Shown here: positions 19,374 through 32,034 of the stretch, in pieces
Layout of the letters: each line of letters begins with the position of its first letter
Numbering within the stretch: the first letter of the stretch is position 1
Origin: an uncultured Acidobacteriota bacterium
GTDB taxonomy: Bacteria; Acidobacteriota; Vicinamibacteria; Fen-336
Direction: 5' to 3'
DNA: 64,000 nucleotides
Assembly: GCA_963720545.1 (NCBI GenBank)
Contig: OY970399.1
Location: 3,347,022 to 3,411,021, forward strand
Notes under the pieces: generated by a model
The model's database searches: none
What the model was told of the DNA's origin: nothing
Seen by the model: only the letters and a program-made list of their open reading frames with translations
Made by a program: the position numbers and the translations under genes

Positions 19374-19634
19374 GATCTCCTGCTCCTGTGGCCGGCGAGT
19401 GGTCCTCCGCGCGGGACGTTCGGGCTCAGTGGAAAAATGTCCGCGCACTTCCCGCCAGTCGTCCGCTGCCACTGTGGCAATTGGTAACGCAACTGCGTCC
19501 GGACGCTGTTGGTTACCGAATGTAGCGCTCAAGGCGGAGCCCTGGGCAGCAGCACAAGCGTTCCGTCCTCGGGGAAACTTTTGCAGCAAACCGGGTTTGC
19601 CTGGGAGCAGTCTCTTCCTAGTAGGAGGTTCAAC

Positions 19635-19961
19635 ATGTTCGGCAAACATTCGACGCTGACCCGCGCGCTGCTCCTGGGCAGTCTGGGACTCGCGTCCGCG
19701 GGCTGTGCCACCCGCCATTCCGAGGTGGGGATCGGGCTGCGGTTCGGGGAGCCGCCGGCGATTCGCCGCGAGGTCGTCTACGCGAGTCCAGGACCCAACT
19801 ACGTCTGGCTGCCTGGCTATTGGGCCGGCAGCGGCCGCGGCTACTACTGGGTCGCCGGCCGCTGGACACGGCCGCCGCGCGCCCGCGCCGTGTGGGTGGA
19901 GCCGCGCTGGGAACGGCGCAACCAGGGCTGGTTCTTCATCAGGGGCCGCTGGCGCTACTAG
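19635..19961 (+). CDS. Small lipoprotein with YXWGXW-type aromatic repeats
   Basis: AGGAGG 8 nt upstream of ATG 19635; lipobox LASAGC; repeats YVWLPGYWAG and YYWVAGRW. The upstream part of track ORF 19509..19961 is rejected. Confidence 0.6.
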   Translation: MFGKHSTLTRALLLGSLGLASAGCATRHSEVGIGLRFGEPPAIRREVVYASPGPNYVWLPGYWAGSGRGYYWVAGRWTRPPRARAVWVEPRWERRNQGWFFIRGRWRY

Positions 19962-19976
19962 ATTAAGCTCGGCCCG

Positions 19977-22730
<2,754 letters not shown>

Positions 22731-22742
22731 CGAGGAGGACGG

Positions 22743-23243
22743 ATGCCCATCGAGGCATGGATGAAGGGGCCGATCGGCGGCGTCGCGCCGCTCCTGCAGC
22801 CCGCGGCGCACGCGTTCGCGCAGGCGGGCAACGACATCGAAGCGGCGCTCGCCGGCTTCCCGGCGGCTTGCCTGTGGACCCGGCCCGGAGGCGCGGCTTC
22901 GGTGGCATTCCACTTGCGCCATGTGGCGGGCGCCACCGACCGCCTGCTCGCTTATGCGCGCGGCGAACAGCTCTCGCCCGAAGGCATTGCGAAGGCGAAG
23001 GCCGAGGGCAACCAAGACCCCGACGCCACGGTCGACTCGCTGCTTGCCGAAGTGCGCGCGTCGTTCGCGCACGCGCTCGAGCAGGTGCGCGCGACTCCCG
23101 CGGCAACGCTGCTCGATCCCCGCGAAGTCGGCCGTGCCCGCTTCCCGAGCAACGTCTTGGGGTTGCTGTTCCACGCCGCCGAACACGCCACCCGGCACGC
23201 CGGCCAGCTCATCACCACGACCCGAATCCTCAGCGCGCCTTAG
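22743..23243 (+). CDS. DinB/YfiT-like four-helix-bundle protein
   Basis: 166 aa; assignment from overall pattern and conserved His spacing only; weak. Confidence 0.5.
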   Translation: MPIEAWMKGPIGGVAPLLQPAAHAFAQAGNDIEAALAGFPAACLWTRPGGAASVAFHLRHVAGATDRLLAYARGEQLSPEGIAKAKAEGNQDPDATVDSLLAEVRASFAHALEQVRATPAATLLDPREVGRARFPSNVLGLLFHAAEHATRHAGQLITTTRILSAP

Positions 23244-23249
23244 TACTCG

Positions 23250-24090
23250 TTACGGCGTGATGTCGAGCGCCACGTCGAGGGCGGGGACGCTGTGCGTCAG
23301 CCAACCCAGGGAGAGCAGGTCGACACCGGTTTCCGCGACGGCGCGCGCGGTTTGCGGGGTGATGCCGCCGGAGGCTTCGGTAATGGCACGGCCGCGGCAC
23401 AGCGCCACGGCTTCGCGCAGGGTGGCGAGGTCCATGTTGTCGAGCAGCACGGTGTCGATCCCGAGCGCGAGGGCGTCGCGCAGCTGGTCCAGCGTGTCCA
23501 CTTCCACTTCCACCTTCGTCAGGTGCCCCGCCGACGCCTGCACGCGGCGGATGGCTTCGGCGATGCCGCCGGCCGCGGCGATGTGGTTGTCCTTCACCAG
23601 CACCGCGTCGTCGAGGCCAAAGCGATGGTTGCTGCCGCCGCCGACGCGCACCGCGTACTTCTCGAGCACGCGCAGCAGCGGTGTCGTCTTGCGGGTGCAC
23701 GTGACCCGTGCGTTCGTGCCCGCGAGGCTCGCCACCACGTCGCGCGTGGTGGTGGCGATGCCGCACATCCGTCCCAGCACGTTCAGCGCCACGCGCTCGG
23801 CGGAGAGCACGGCGCGCGCGCTCCCGGAGAGGCTCGCGATCGATGTGCCGGCCGCAACGTCGGCGCCGTCCGCGTGGCGCACGGTGGACTCCATCCGGGG
23901 GTCGAGCAGCCGCAAGGCTGCGAGTGCTATGTCGACGCCGGCGACGCGTCCCGCGCCACGCAGGATCATCTCGGCCCGAGCCCGTGCGCCCGGCGCCACG
24001 ATGGCATCGGTCGTGACGTCGCCCGCACCGCCCAGGTCCTCGCGCAGCGCCGCTTTCAGGAAGTCCTCGTACAGGAGCGGGTTCAGCATC
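23250..24090 (-). CDS. nadC: Nicotinate-nucleotide pyrophosphorylase (quinolinate phosphoribosyltransferase)
   Basis: 280 aa from ATG 24090; NadC-like N-terminus (LREDLGGAGDVTT) and C-terminal TIM-barrel motifs. Confidence 0.85.
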
Positions 24091-25644
24091 CTGCGGACGT
24101 TAGCGCGTCGGCCACCGCGCGCGGCAGGGCCGACTCGCTGCGGTGCGCCCAGCGCGCGTCGGCAGCGGGGTAGTCCTCGCGGAAATGGCCGCCGCGGCTC
24201 TCGCGTCGCTCGAGCGCGGCCGCGGCGATGAGGGCGCCGCAAAGCGCCATGTTGGCGGCCTCGCTCGCGCCCGGCGGGATGCGCGCCGCGATGGCGGCGA
24301 TCGTGGCGATGGCGCGGCGCAGGCCTTCCTCGTTGCGATAGAGCCCGACGTTGCGCCACATGGTTTCGCGCAGCTCGGCGACCAGCGCCGGGTCCACCTG
24401 CGCCGCGGCGCCGTTCGCCTCCAGCTCGGCGCGCACGCCGTCCGGAACCGCCGGCGCGGACGCATGCAGTGCGCCTGCGATGTCGATCGCCACGCGCCCG
24501 CCGAACACGACGCCTTCGAGCAGCGAGTTGCTCGCGAGCCGGTTCGCGCCATGGACGCCGGTCGATGCCGCTTCGCCGCACGCCCACAATCCGGGCAGCG
24601 AGGTGCGGCCGGCGCCGTCCACCGCGATTCCGCCCATGTGATAGTGCGCCGCCGGCGCCACCGGCACCAGGTCGCGTCGCGGGTCGAGGCCGTGCTGCGC
24701 GCACAAGGCGAACACGGTTGGGAACATTTCCGGGAACGAGGCGCCCACCGCGGTGCGCGCGTCGAGGAACGCCTCGCCGCCGCTGTCGAGCTGCCGCGCG
24801 ATGGCGCGGGCCACGATGTCGCGCGCAGCAAGCTCGCCCGCCGGGTCCGAGTCGAACAGGAAGCGCCGGCCGTGGCCGTCGACGATGGCGGCGCCGTGGC
24901 CGCGCAGCGCCTCGGTGAGCAGCGGCATCGGGTCGTCGCCCACCGCCAGCGCCGTGGGGTGGAACTGGACGAACTCGAGGTCGGCGAGCCGCGCGCCGGC
25001 GCGCGCCGCCATCGCGAGCCCGTCGCCGGTGGCCTCGACCGGGTTGGTGGTGCGCGAATAGACGCGGCCGAGTCCGCCGGTGGCGATGATGACGGCCTTC
25101 GCAAGGTACAGCGTGAGCTCGCCCGAAGCGTCGCGCGCCACGACCCCCTGCACGCGGCCGTTCGCCACCGCGAGGTCGCAGGCGAAGGTCTTCTCGTGCA
25201 CGATGACCCACGGCGCCTGGCGCGCCGCTTCGCTCAGCGCGCGCACGATTTCGGCGCCGGTGGCGTCGCGCGCGTGCAGGATGCGCGGCCGGCTGTGCGC
25301 CGCTTCGCGCGCCAGCGCCAGGTGGTCGTCGGCATCGCGATCGAAGCGCACGCCGAGCGCCAGCAGCTTGCGCACGGTCGCCGGCCCTTCTTCCGTGAGG
25401 ATCGCGACCGCCTCGGCATCGGCGAGACCGCCGGCCACCGCCACCGTGTCGCGCGCGTGCAGTTGCGGCGAGTCGTCCGCCGCCACGGCGGCGGCCATGC
25501 CGCCCTGCGCGTACGAGCTGGAGCCGCCGGCGCCGAACGCCGCCTTGGTGATCACCACCACCCGCCGCGGCGCGAGGTCGAGTGCCGCCGTCAGGCCGGC
25601 AACGCCCGCGCCGACGATGACGACATCCGCTGCGTCGTCCTTCA
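24083..25644 (-). CDS. nadB: L-aspartate oxidase
   Basis: GTG start at 25644; FAD motif VVIVGAGVAGL; flavoprotein motifs (HYHMGG, RLASNSL); overlaps the nadC start by 8 bp. Confidence 0.85.
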
Positions 25645-26664
25645 CCGCGCGGGCTCCGGGCCGATCGCCAGCATGCGCTCGACCGCCTGGCGCGCGCGGC
25701 CGGCAACTTCCGGCGCCACCGTCACCTCGTAGCGCAGGTGCAGCAGCGAGTCGTAGATCTTCGGCAGCGTGATGCGCTTCATGTGCGGGCAGAAGTTGCA
25801 GGGCCGGATGAACTCGGTGCCCGGCGCCATCACCGCGACGTTGTCGCTCATCGAGCACTCGGTGATCATCACCACGCGCGCCGGCCTGCGTTGCGTGACG
25901 TGGCGGATCATCCCCGACGTGGAGCCGACGAAGTCGGCTTCGGCGAGCACGTCGGGCGGGCATTCGGGATGCGCGATCACCTCGACGCCGGGGTTGAGGC
26001 GTCGGTACTCGCGGATCTCGGCGCCGGTGAAGCGCTCGTGCACCTCGCAGTGGCCCGTCCACAGGACGATCTCGACCTTGGTCTTGCTCGCGACGTACTT
26101 GCCGAGGTATTCGTCGGGCAGGAAGATCACCCGCGGTACGTTCAGCGATTCCACCACGCGCACGGCGTTCGACGACGTGCAGCAGATGTCCGACTCGGCC
26201 TTCACCTCGGCCGAGGTGTTGACGTAGGTGACGACCGGCACGCCGGGGTAGCGCTGCTTCAGCAGGCGCACGTCTTCGGCGGTGATCGACTCGGCGAGCG
26301 AACAGCCGGCCCGCGTGTCGGGGATGAGCACGGTCTTGCCGGGGTTCAGCACCTTGGCGGTCTCGGCCATGAACTGCACGCCGGCCATCACGATGACGTC
26401 GGCCTTGGTGTTCGCCGCTTCGCGCGCGAGGCCCAGCGAGTCGCCCTGGAAGTCGGCGACGCCGTGGAAGATCTCAGGCGTCTGGTACGTATGGGCGAGC
26501 ACCACGGCGTTGCGTTCGCGCTTCAGGGTGTTGATGGCGTCGATGTACGGCGCGAACACCGGCCACTCGATTTCCGGGACCACGCCCTTGACGCGATCCC
26601 AGGCTGCCGCGGTGCGCGCGGCCACCTCGGGCGTGAATGCCAGGCTGCTCATGTCTTCGCTCAC
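25642..26664 (-). CDS. nadA: Quinolinate synthase
   Basis: 340 aa; NadA motifs (VLAHTYQ, conserved Cys residues, PECPP). Confidence 0.9.
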   Translation of the reverse strand: MSEDMSSLAFTPEVAARTAAAWDRVKGVVPEIEWPVFAPYIDAINTLKRERNAVVLAHTYQTPEIFHGVADFQGDSLGLAREAANTKADVIVMAGVQFMAETAKVLNPGKTVLIPDTRAGCSLAESITAEDVRLLKQRYPGVPVVTYVNTSAEVKAESDICCTSSNAVRVVESLNVPRVIFLPDEYLGKYVASKTKVEIVLWTGHCEVHERFTGAEIREYRRLNPGVEVIAHPECPPDVLAEADFVGSTSGMIRHVTQRRPARVVMITECSMSDNVAVMAPGTEFIRPCNFCPHMKRITLPKIYDSLLHLRYEVTVAPEVAGRARQAVERMLAIGPEPAR

Positions 26665-26669
26665 CTCAT

Positions 26670-26699
26670 ATGCTCAGAAAGAGCATTAACGATGTGCTC
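26670..26699 (-). promoter_or_regulatory. Candidate operator: overlapping AT-rich inverted repeats between the nadA -10 element and the nadA start
   Basis: ATGCTC-agaaa-GAGCAT (26670-26686) and GAGCA-N9-TGCTC (26681-26699) in an otherwise GC-rich region; candidate NrtR site because nrtR lies immediately upstream. Confidence 0.4.
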
Positions 26700-26728
26700 A
26701 GGTTACGACCGCGCGTACGGGCTGTCAA
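26700..26728 (-). promoter_or_regulatory. Candidate sigma70-type promoter for nadABC (TTGACA-17 nt-TAACCT on the minus strand)
   Basis: Reverse complement of 26723-26728 is TTGACA and of 26700-26705 is TAACCT, with a 17-nt spacer, ~35 nt upstream of the nadA start. Confidence 0.45.
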
Positions 26729-26735
26729 GCGGCGC

Positions 26736-27644
26736 TCAGGCGCGGTTGGGGCGGCCGACTCCGGGCGCCAGGCGCTCGCGCCAGACGTCGCGGCGGAAGC
26801 GGAACAGCTCGGCGGGCCGGCCGGCGGTGCGCGCCGCGAACTTGCCGGTGCCTTCCACGAGCCCGGCGGTGGCCATCAGCCTGCGGAAGTTCTGCTTGTG
26901 CAGCCGATATCCGGCGAGCGCTTCCACCAGCCGCTGCAGCTGCAGCAGCGTGAAGGCGCGCGGCAGCAGCTCGAACACCACCGGCCGGTACCGGATCTTG
27001 CCGCGCAGCCGTCCCAGCGCCGTGGCCAGGATGCGGCGGTGGTCGAGGTCGAGCGGCTCGCCGGCCAGCGAGCGCGTGGCTTCGGAAAGGAGCCGCGCTT
27101 CGTAGAGCAACTCGTAGCGCTCGAGAACGCGGTCGGCGTCCCACGAAGCGCCGCGCAGGCCGAAGGCGACGTCGATACGCTCGCGGCGCAGCGCGCGCGC
27201 CTTCTGTTCCTTCTCCTGACGGGTCCACGCATCGAGCGCCGCGGTCAGCGGCTTGAGCGCGGCGGTGCGGCGTTCGCGTCCGTCCTCCCAGGGAAGGAAG
27301 TCGTAGATGTTGCGCCAATGCGCTTCGCCGCCACCGCCGAGCGCGCCCTCGCGGACCAGCGCGAGGTAGGCGACCGAGATCAGGCGCTGGCCATCGGCCG
27401 ACGGCCCGAGACGGTCGCGGTCGCCGAACGTGTAAAGCTGCTCGACGTAGCCGAGCTCGAGCCCGGACTGCTGGCGCACCCAGGAGCGCAGGCCGAGGTC
27501 GAGCGTGCGGTCGCCGGCCGGATCGAGCGGACCGAAGGGCAAGGCGCCCGGATGGCCCCTGCGGCTCACGATGAGGACACGCGGCTCGTCATCGGTGACG
27601 GCGACGACCACGGCGCTCAGCCCGATGACGACGCTCTCAGCCAA
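26736..27644 (-). CDS. nrtR: Nudix-related transcriptional regulator of NAD metabolism (NrtR-like): degenerate Nudix domain plus C-terminal winged helix
   Basis: Nudix-like N-domain whose box reads RSWVRQQSG (no catalytic Glu pair); C-terminal region with LLPRAFTLLQLQRLVEALAG; located directly upstream of nadABC. Confidence 0.7.
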   Translation of the reverse strand: MAESVVIGLSAVVVAVTDDEPRVLIVSRRGHPGALPFGPLDPAGDRTLDLGLRSWVRQQSGLELGYVEQLYTFGDRDRLGPSADGQRLISVAYLALVREGALGGGGEAHWRNIYDFLPWEDGRERRTAALKPLTAALDAWTRQEKEQKARALRRERIDVAFGLRGASWDADRVLERYELLYEARLLSEATRSLAGEPLDLDHRRILATALGRLRGKIRYRPVVFELLPRAFTLLQLQRLVEALAGYRLHKQNFRRLMATAGLVEGTGKFAARTAGRPAELFRFRRDVWRERLAPGVGRPNRA

Positions 27645-27646
27645 GC

Positions 27647-28399
27647 TCAGTCCTTCTTCGCCCCTTGCTTCGCCACCGCCTGGGCGGCGCGCTTCACGGC
27701 TTCAGGATCGCCGAGGTAGAAGTGCCGCACCGGCTTCAGGCCGGCATCGAGCTCGTAGACGAGCGGCACGCCGGTTGGAATGTTGAGCTCGGTGATCTCC
27801 TGCTCGGAGATGCCGTCGAGATACATCACCAGCGCGCGGAGGCTGTTGCCGTGCGCGGCGACCAGCACCCGCTGGCCGGCCCGCAGCGCCGGCGCAATGG
27901 TCTCGTGCCAATAGGGAAGGAAGCGCGCGACGGTGTCCTTCAACGACTCTGTGAGCGGCGCGCTGATGCCGGCGCCGAGATTCTGGTAGCGCGCGTCGCG
28001 GCCTTCATAGCGCTCGTCGTCCCGAGCGAGCGGCGGCGGCGGGTCGCCGTAGCTGCGGCGCCAGACCTTCACCTGCGCCTCGCCGAACTTCGCCGCGGTC
28101 TCGGCCTTGTTCAGTCCCTGCAAAGCGCCGTAGTGGCGCTCGTTGAGGCGCCAGGTTGGAAACACCGGCAGCCACATGAGGTCCATCTCGTCCAGGGCGA
28201 TCCAGAGCGTGCGGATGGCGCGCTTGAGGAGCGACGTGTACGCGAGGTCGAAGGTGTAGCCGCCCGCGCGCAGCAGCCGGCCGGCTTCGCGCGCCTCCTC
28301 GCGCCCCTTCGGCGAGAGGTCCACGTCGGTCCAGCCCGTGAAGCGGTTCTCGAGGTTCCATTGGCTTTCGCCGTGACGCAGCAGCACGAGTGTGGGCAT
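27647..28399 (-). CDS. gpmA: 2,3-bisphosphoglycerate-dependent phosphoglycerate mutase
   Basis: 250 aa; [12 protein letters not shown] catalytic His motif and GpmA-like overall sequence. Confidence 0.9.
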   Translation of the reverse strand: MPTLVLLRHGESQWNLENRFTGWTDVDLSPKGREEAREAGRLLRAGGYTFDLAYTSLLKRAIRTLWIALDEMDLMWLPVFPTWRLNERHYGALQGLNKAETAAKFGEAQVKVWRRSYGDPPPPLARDDERYEGRDARYQNLGAGISAPLTESLKDTVARFLPYWHETIAPALRAGQRVLVAAHGNSLRALVMYLDGISEQEITELNIPTGVPLVYELDAGLKPVRHFYLGDPEAVKRAAQAVAKQGAKKD

Positions 28400-28430
28400 G
28401 TGCAGCGCAGTTTAAACTTCGCGCACCCGA

Positions 28431-29687
28431 ATGCTTCGCAATCCGCTGGCGCTGCTGCGAAGCTTGCCGCCGACCGTGCGTGTGCTGGTCTACGGCACCT
28501 TCGTCAACAAGCTCGGCACCTTCATCATCCCGTTCCTGACGCTGGTGTTGCGCCGCGAATTCCGCCTGAGCGAAGCGCAAACCGGGCTCGCGATCTTTGC
28601 CTACGGCGCCGGCTCGATCGTCTCCATACTCACCGGCGGCTACCTCTCGGACCGGCTCGGGCGGCGGCGCACGCTGCTCATCAGCCTCTGCGGCAGCGGC
28701 ATCCTGGCGGTCGCGATGGGCTTCGCGCCGTCGCTCGGCGTCTTCAGCGTGCTGCTGCTCTTATTCGGCTTCGTCGCCGACCTCTACCGGCCCGCGTCGT
28801 CGGCGATCGTCGGGGACCTGCTGCCGTCGGCGCGGCGGCCGGTGGGCTTCGCGGCGCTGCGGGTCGCGATCAACCTCGGCTTTGCCGGCGGCATGGCGCT
28901 CGGCGGCTTCCTCGCCGACGCCAACTGGCGCATCCTGTTCTGGGCCGACGGCGCCACGACACTCGCGTTCGGCGCGGTCGTGTTCCTGACGATCCCCGAC
29001 ACGCGCCCCGCCGTGACGCTCGAGAACGCCGCCCGCGGCGCGCTCGGCGCGGGACCGTGGCGCGACCGCGTCTTTCACCTGGCACTCGTGTCGTCGTTCG
29101 TCTTCGCGATCGGCATGTTCGCCGACCTCACCATCCTGCCCCTGACGCTGAGCCAGTCCGCGGGCTATCCGTCGTACGTCTACGGCAGCCTGCTGGCCAT
29201 GAACGGCCTGGTGGTGGGACTGCTCGAGATTCCGGCGGCGGCGTGGCTGCGGCGTTACCGGCGCCTGCGCGTCGCCGCCCTCGGCATGGCGTGCGGCGGC
29301 CTCGGCATCGGCATGACCGGCCTCGATTTCCACTGGGCGTGGCTCGCGCTCTCGATCCTGGTCTGGACGGTGGGCGAGGTGCTGACCATGCCGCAGCACA
29401 TGGCGTTCGTCGCCGACTGGTCGCCGCCGGCGGCGCGCGGGCGCTATCTCGGGCTCTACAGCGCCACCTGGAGTCTGGGCCTGGCGCTCAACCCCATCGT
29501 GTTCCTGCCGCTGCACTCGCGCCTGTCGGAAGGTGCTTTCTGGCTGGTGATGGGCGTCGTCGCGTTCGCACCCGCGCTCTTGTGCCTGCACCTCGACCGC
29601 CATGCCGACCGGCCCGAGCTGTTGCGCGGCGCCGATCACGGGCCGCTGAGCGAAGCGGCGATCATTCCCGACAGGCCCGAGGGCTAG
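28431..29687 (+). CDS. MFS transporter
   Basis: 418 aa, ~12 predicted TM helices, MFS-like loop motif GYLSDRLGRRRT. Confidence 0.8.
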   Translation: MLRNPLALLRSLPPTVRVLVYGTFVNKLGTFIIPFLTLVLRREFRLSEAQTGLAIFAYGAGSIVSILTGGYLSDRLGRRRTLLISLCGSGILAVAMGFAPSLGVFSVLLLLFGFVADLYRPASSAIVGDLLPSARRPVGFAALRVAINLGFAGGMALGGFLADANWRILFWADGATTLAFGAVVFLTIPDTRPAVTLENAARGALGAGPWRDRVFHLALVSSFVFAIGMFADLTILPLTLSQSAGYPSYVYGSLLAMNGLVVGLLEIPAAAWLRRYRRLRVAALGMACGGLGIGMTGLDFHWAWLALSILVWTVGEVLTMPQHMAFVADWSPPAARGRYLGLYSATWSLGLALNPIVFLPLHSRLSEGAFWLVMGVVAFAPALLCLHLDRHADRPELLRGADHGPLSEAAIIPDRPEG

Positions 29688-29698
29688 AATCCGTCACC

Positions 29699-30538
29699 GT
29701 GAACCGAGTCGCGATCTACGGCGCCGGCGAAGTGGGCGCGACCACGGCGCGGCGGCTCGCGGAACTCGAGTTGTGCCGCAGCATCGTGCTCGTCGATTCC
29801 GACGAAGGGCGCGCCCGCGGCAAGGCGCTCGACCTGATGCAGTCGGGCCCGGTCGAGGGTTACGACACGGCTTTGTCGGGCGTGAGCGTGCTGGAGGCGG
29901 CGGGCGAGTGCGACGCGGTGATTCTCGCCGACGGGCCGCTTTTCTCCGGTACGACACCGGAGCTGCCGTCGGCGCTGCTCGAGCTGGCGCGCTCGGTGTC
30001 GCGCGTGACCGGCGGGCCGGTGCTCGCGGCACTCCCCGAATGCGCGGCGTTCCTCGAGACGGCGGTTCGTTCCGGGCAGCCGCGCGACCGCGTGATGGGC
30101 ACGGCCGGCATCGCTTTCGCCGGCGCCGTGCGGGCCGCGCTCGCTGCGGGGCTCGACGCGCGGCCGGTGGACATCGCGTTGTGCGTGCTCGGCAGGCCGC
30201 CGGCGGACGGCATGGTGCCGATCGAGTCGGCCACCTGCGCCGGCATCCGCGTCGACGCGCTCTCGCCTTCGGCGCTGCGCCGTGCGCTCGAGTCGGCGCG
30301 CAAGCATGTGGCCGGCCCGGTGGCGCTGGCCGCCGCCGCCGCGCGCGCGCTCGCCGGTTTGCAGGGCGGCGCGACGACCTTGTCGCTCACAGTGGTGCTG
30401 GACGGCGAGTACGGCCATCGCGGCATCGCGCTCACGGTACCGGCGCGCCTCGCCAACGGCCGCATCGAACGCGTGGTGGAGATTGCGCTGCAGCCGGTAG
30501 ACCGCGTCGCGTTCGACCGCGCCGCGTCGCGTCGCTGA
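29699..30538 (+). CDS. Lactate/malate dehydrogenase-fold protein, apparently lacking catalytic His and Arg
   Basis: GTG start; Rossmann N-terminus VAIYGAGEVGATTARRLA...VLVD...GKALDL matches the LDH/MDH family; where MDH has ILGGHGD this reads VLGRPPADG; the PRKPGMTR-type Arg loop reads PLFSGTTPE. Confidence 0.6.
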   Translation: MNRVAIYGAGEVGATTARRLAELELCRSIVLVDSDEGRARGKALDLMQSGPVEGYDTALSGVSVLEAAGECDAVILADGPLFSGTTPELPSALLELARSVSRVTGGPVLAALPECAAFLETAVRSGQPRDRVMGTAGIAFAGAVRAALAAGLDARPVDIALCVLGRPPADGMVPIESATCAGIRVDALSPSALRRALESARKHVAGPVALAAAAARALAGLQGGATTLSLTVVLDGEYGHRGIALTVPARLANGRIERVVEIALQPVDRVAFDRAASRR

Positions 30539-30555
30539 CGACGGCCTGCGGCGCG

Positions 30556-31110
30556 CTACAACAGCGCGGGCTTGAGGTCGGCGTGCGCGGACGAGATCAC
30601 GACGCGCGCGATCAGCATGCCTTCCTTGCGCACCGACGCGGCGCCGGCGGCGACGGCCGCCTCGACCGCGGCGACGTCGCCGGTGAGCACCACCAGGCCC
30701 TTGCCGCCCGGCTGGTTGCGTGCCTCGATGAGGGTGACGGCGGCCGCCTTCACCGCGGCGTCGCCGGCGAAGATGGCGGAGGCCACTTCCTTCGTTTCGA
30801 TGATGCCGACGGCGCCGATCTGCGGCACCGCGACGCGGCCCTTGATGGCCGCGGCGAGCTGCGGGTCGGCATTCTGGATGATGAAGTCGTCGAGCAGCGT
30901 TGCGGCTGCCGTCTCGCGGCCGGCGCTGAGCGAAGCCTCGACGTCGGCGACATTGCCGCCGATCATGATGAGGTACTTGCCGCGCGGCACGATGGTGGTG
31001 AGCAGCAGGTCCACCGATGCCCGCTTCAGCATCGCGTCCACGGCTTCGATGCCCTTGGCGATCGACGACGTCTCGATGAAGCCGATGGCCGGCCCGCTCT
31101 TCTCTTTCAT
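30556..31110 (-). CDS. Tandem BMC-domain shell protein (BMC-T, PduT-like)
   Basis: 184 aa from ATG 31110; two BMC domains (AIGFIETSSIAKGIEAVDAMLKRASVDLL and AVGIIETKEVASAIFAGDAAVKAAAVTLI); Val where PduT carries the Fe-S cysteine. Confidence 0.7.
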   Translation of the reverse strand: MKEKSGPAIGFIETSSIAKGIEAVDAMLKRASVDLLLTTIVPRGKYLIMIGGNVADVEASLSAGRETAAATLLDDFIIQNADPQLAAAIKGRVAVPQIGAVGIIETKEVASAIFAGDAAVKAAAVTLIEARNQPGGKGLVVLTGDVAAVEAAVAAGAASVRKEGMLIARVVISSAHADLKPALL

Positions 31111-31145
31111 GGCGGGAGTGTAGCGCTTGTTGGCCTCCCGGCCTT

Positions 31146-32030
31146 GTGGGACGATGCCCGGCGTTGACCAGCCCCGAAGAAGACCCTGCGCTGCGTGCCG
31201 CGTTCGCCCACTGCGAGCGGATCGCGCGCGCCCATTACGAGAACTTTCCCGTGGGGCTGTTCGTCCCCAGGGCGAGCCAGAAGTACGTGCACTCGCTCTA
31301 TGCCTTTGCCCGCACCGCCGACGATTTCGTGGACGAGCCCGAATACGCCGCGGTGCGCGCGGAAAAGCTCGCGGACTGGCAGCAGCGCCTCGACGCAACG
31401 TATGCGGGGCGGCCCGACGGCCCGATCTTCGTGGCGCTCGGCGAAACAGTGCGCAAGCTCGGCATCGACAAGCGCCTGCTCGACGACCTGCTCAGCGCCT
31501 TTCGCCAGGACACGGTGAAGAGCCGCTACGCCGACTGGGAAGAGCTGCGCGATTATTGCCGGCGCTCCGCCGACCCCGTAGGGCGCCTGGTGCTGCTGGT
31601 GTTCGGCTACCGCGACCCTTCTCTGGCGCGCAGCGCCGATGCGCTGTGCACGGCGTTGCAGCTTGCGAACCATTGGCAGGATCTCGGCATCGACCTCGCG
31701 CGCGACCGCATCTACGTGCCGCAACAGATCCTCGCGCGGCATGGCGTCGACGAAGCCGCGCTGCGTGCGCACCGTGCCGACGAACCGTTTCGCGCGCTGA
31801 TGCAGGAGCTCGTCGCCCGCACCCGCGAGCTGTTCACGATCGCGCGGCCGCTCTGCGACCGGGTCGGCCGCGACCTGCGCTTCGAGCTGCGGCTCACGTG
31901 GCTCGGCGGCTCGGGCATCCTCGACCGCATCGAAGTCGCCGGCTACGACGTGTTCAGGCGCCGGCCGCATCACAACCTGGCGGCGAAGCTGCGGCTCGCA
32001 TGGCACGCGTGGCGCTGGCGGGCGGCGTGA
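31146..32030 (+). CDS. hpnC: Hydroxysqualene synthase HpnC (squalene/phytoene synthase family)
   Basis: HYENFPVG motif and DxxxD-type isoprenoid synthase fold; start codon uncertain (GTG 31146 or TTG 31164). Confidence 0.75.
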   Translation: MGRCPALTSPEEDPALRAAFAHCERIARAHYENFPVGLFVPRASQKYVHSLYAFARTADDFVDEPEYAAVRAEKLADWQQRLDATYAGRPDGPIFVALGETVRKLGIDKRLLDDLLSAFRQDTVKSRYADWEELRDYCRRSADPVGRLVLLVFGYRDPSLARSADALCTALQLANHWQDLGIDLARDRIYVPQQILARHGVDEAALRAHRADEPFRALMQELVARTRELFTIARPLCDRVGRDLRFELRLTWLGGSGILDRIEVAGYDVFRRRPHHNLAAKLRLAWHAWRWRAA

Positions 32031-32034
32031 ACGC

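Noticed and set aside
29699-31110. A complete bacterial microcompartment locus around the BMC-T gene
   Set aside because: I looked for small BMC-H (~90-100 aa) or BMC-P ORFs and signature enzymes within 10 kb on both sides and found none. Only a lone shell gene is claimed.
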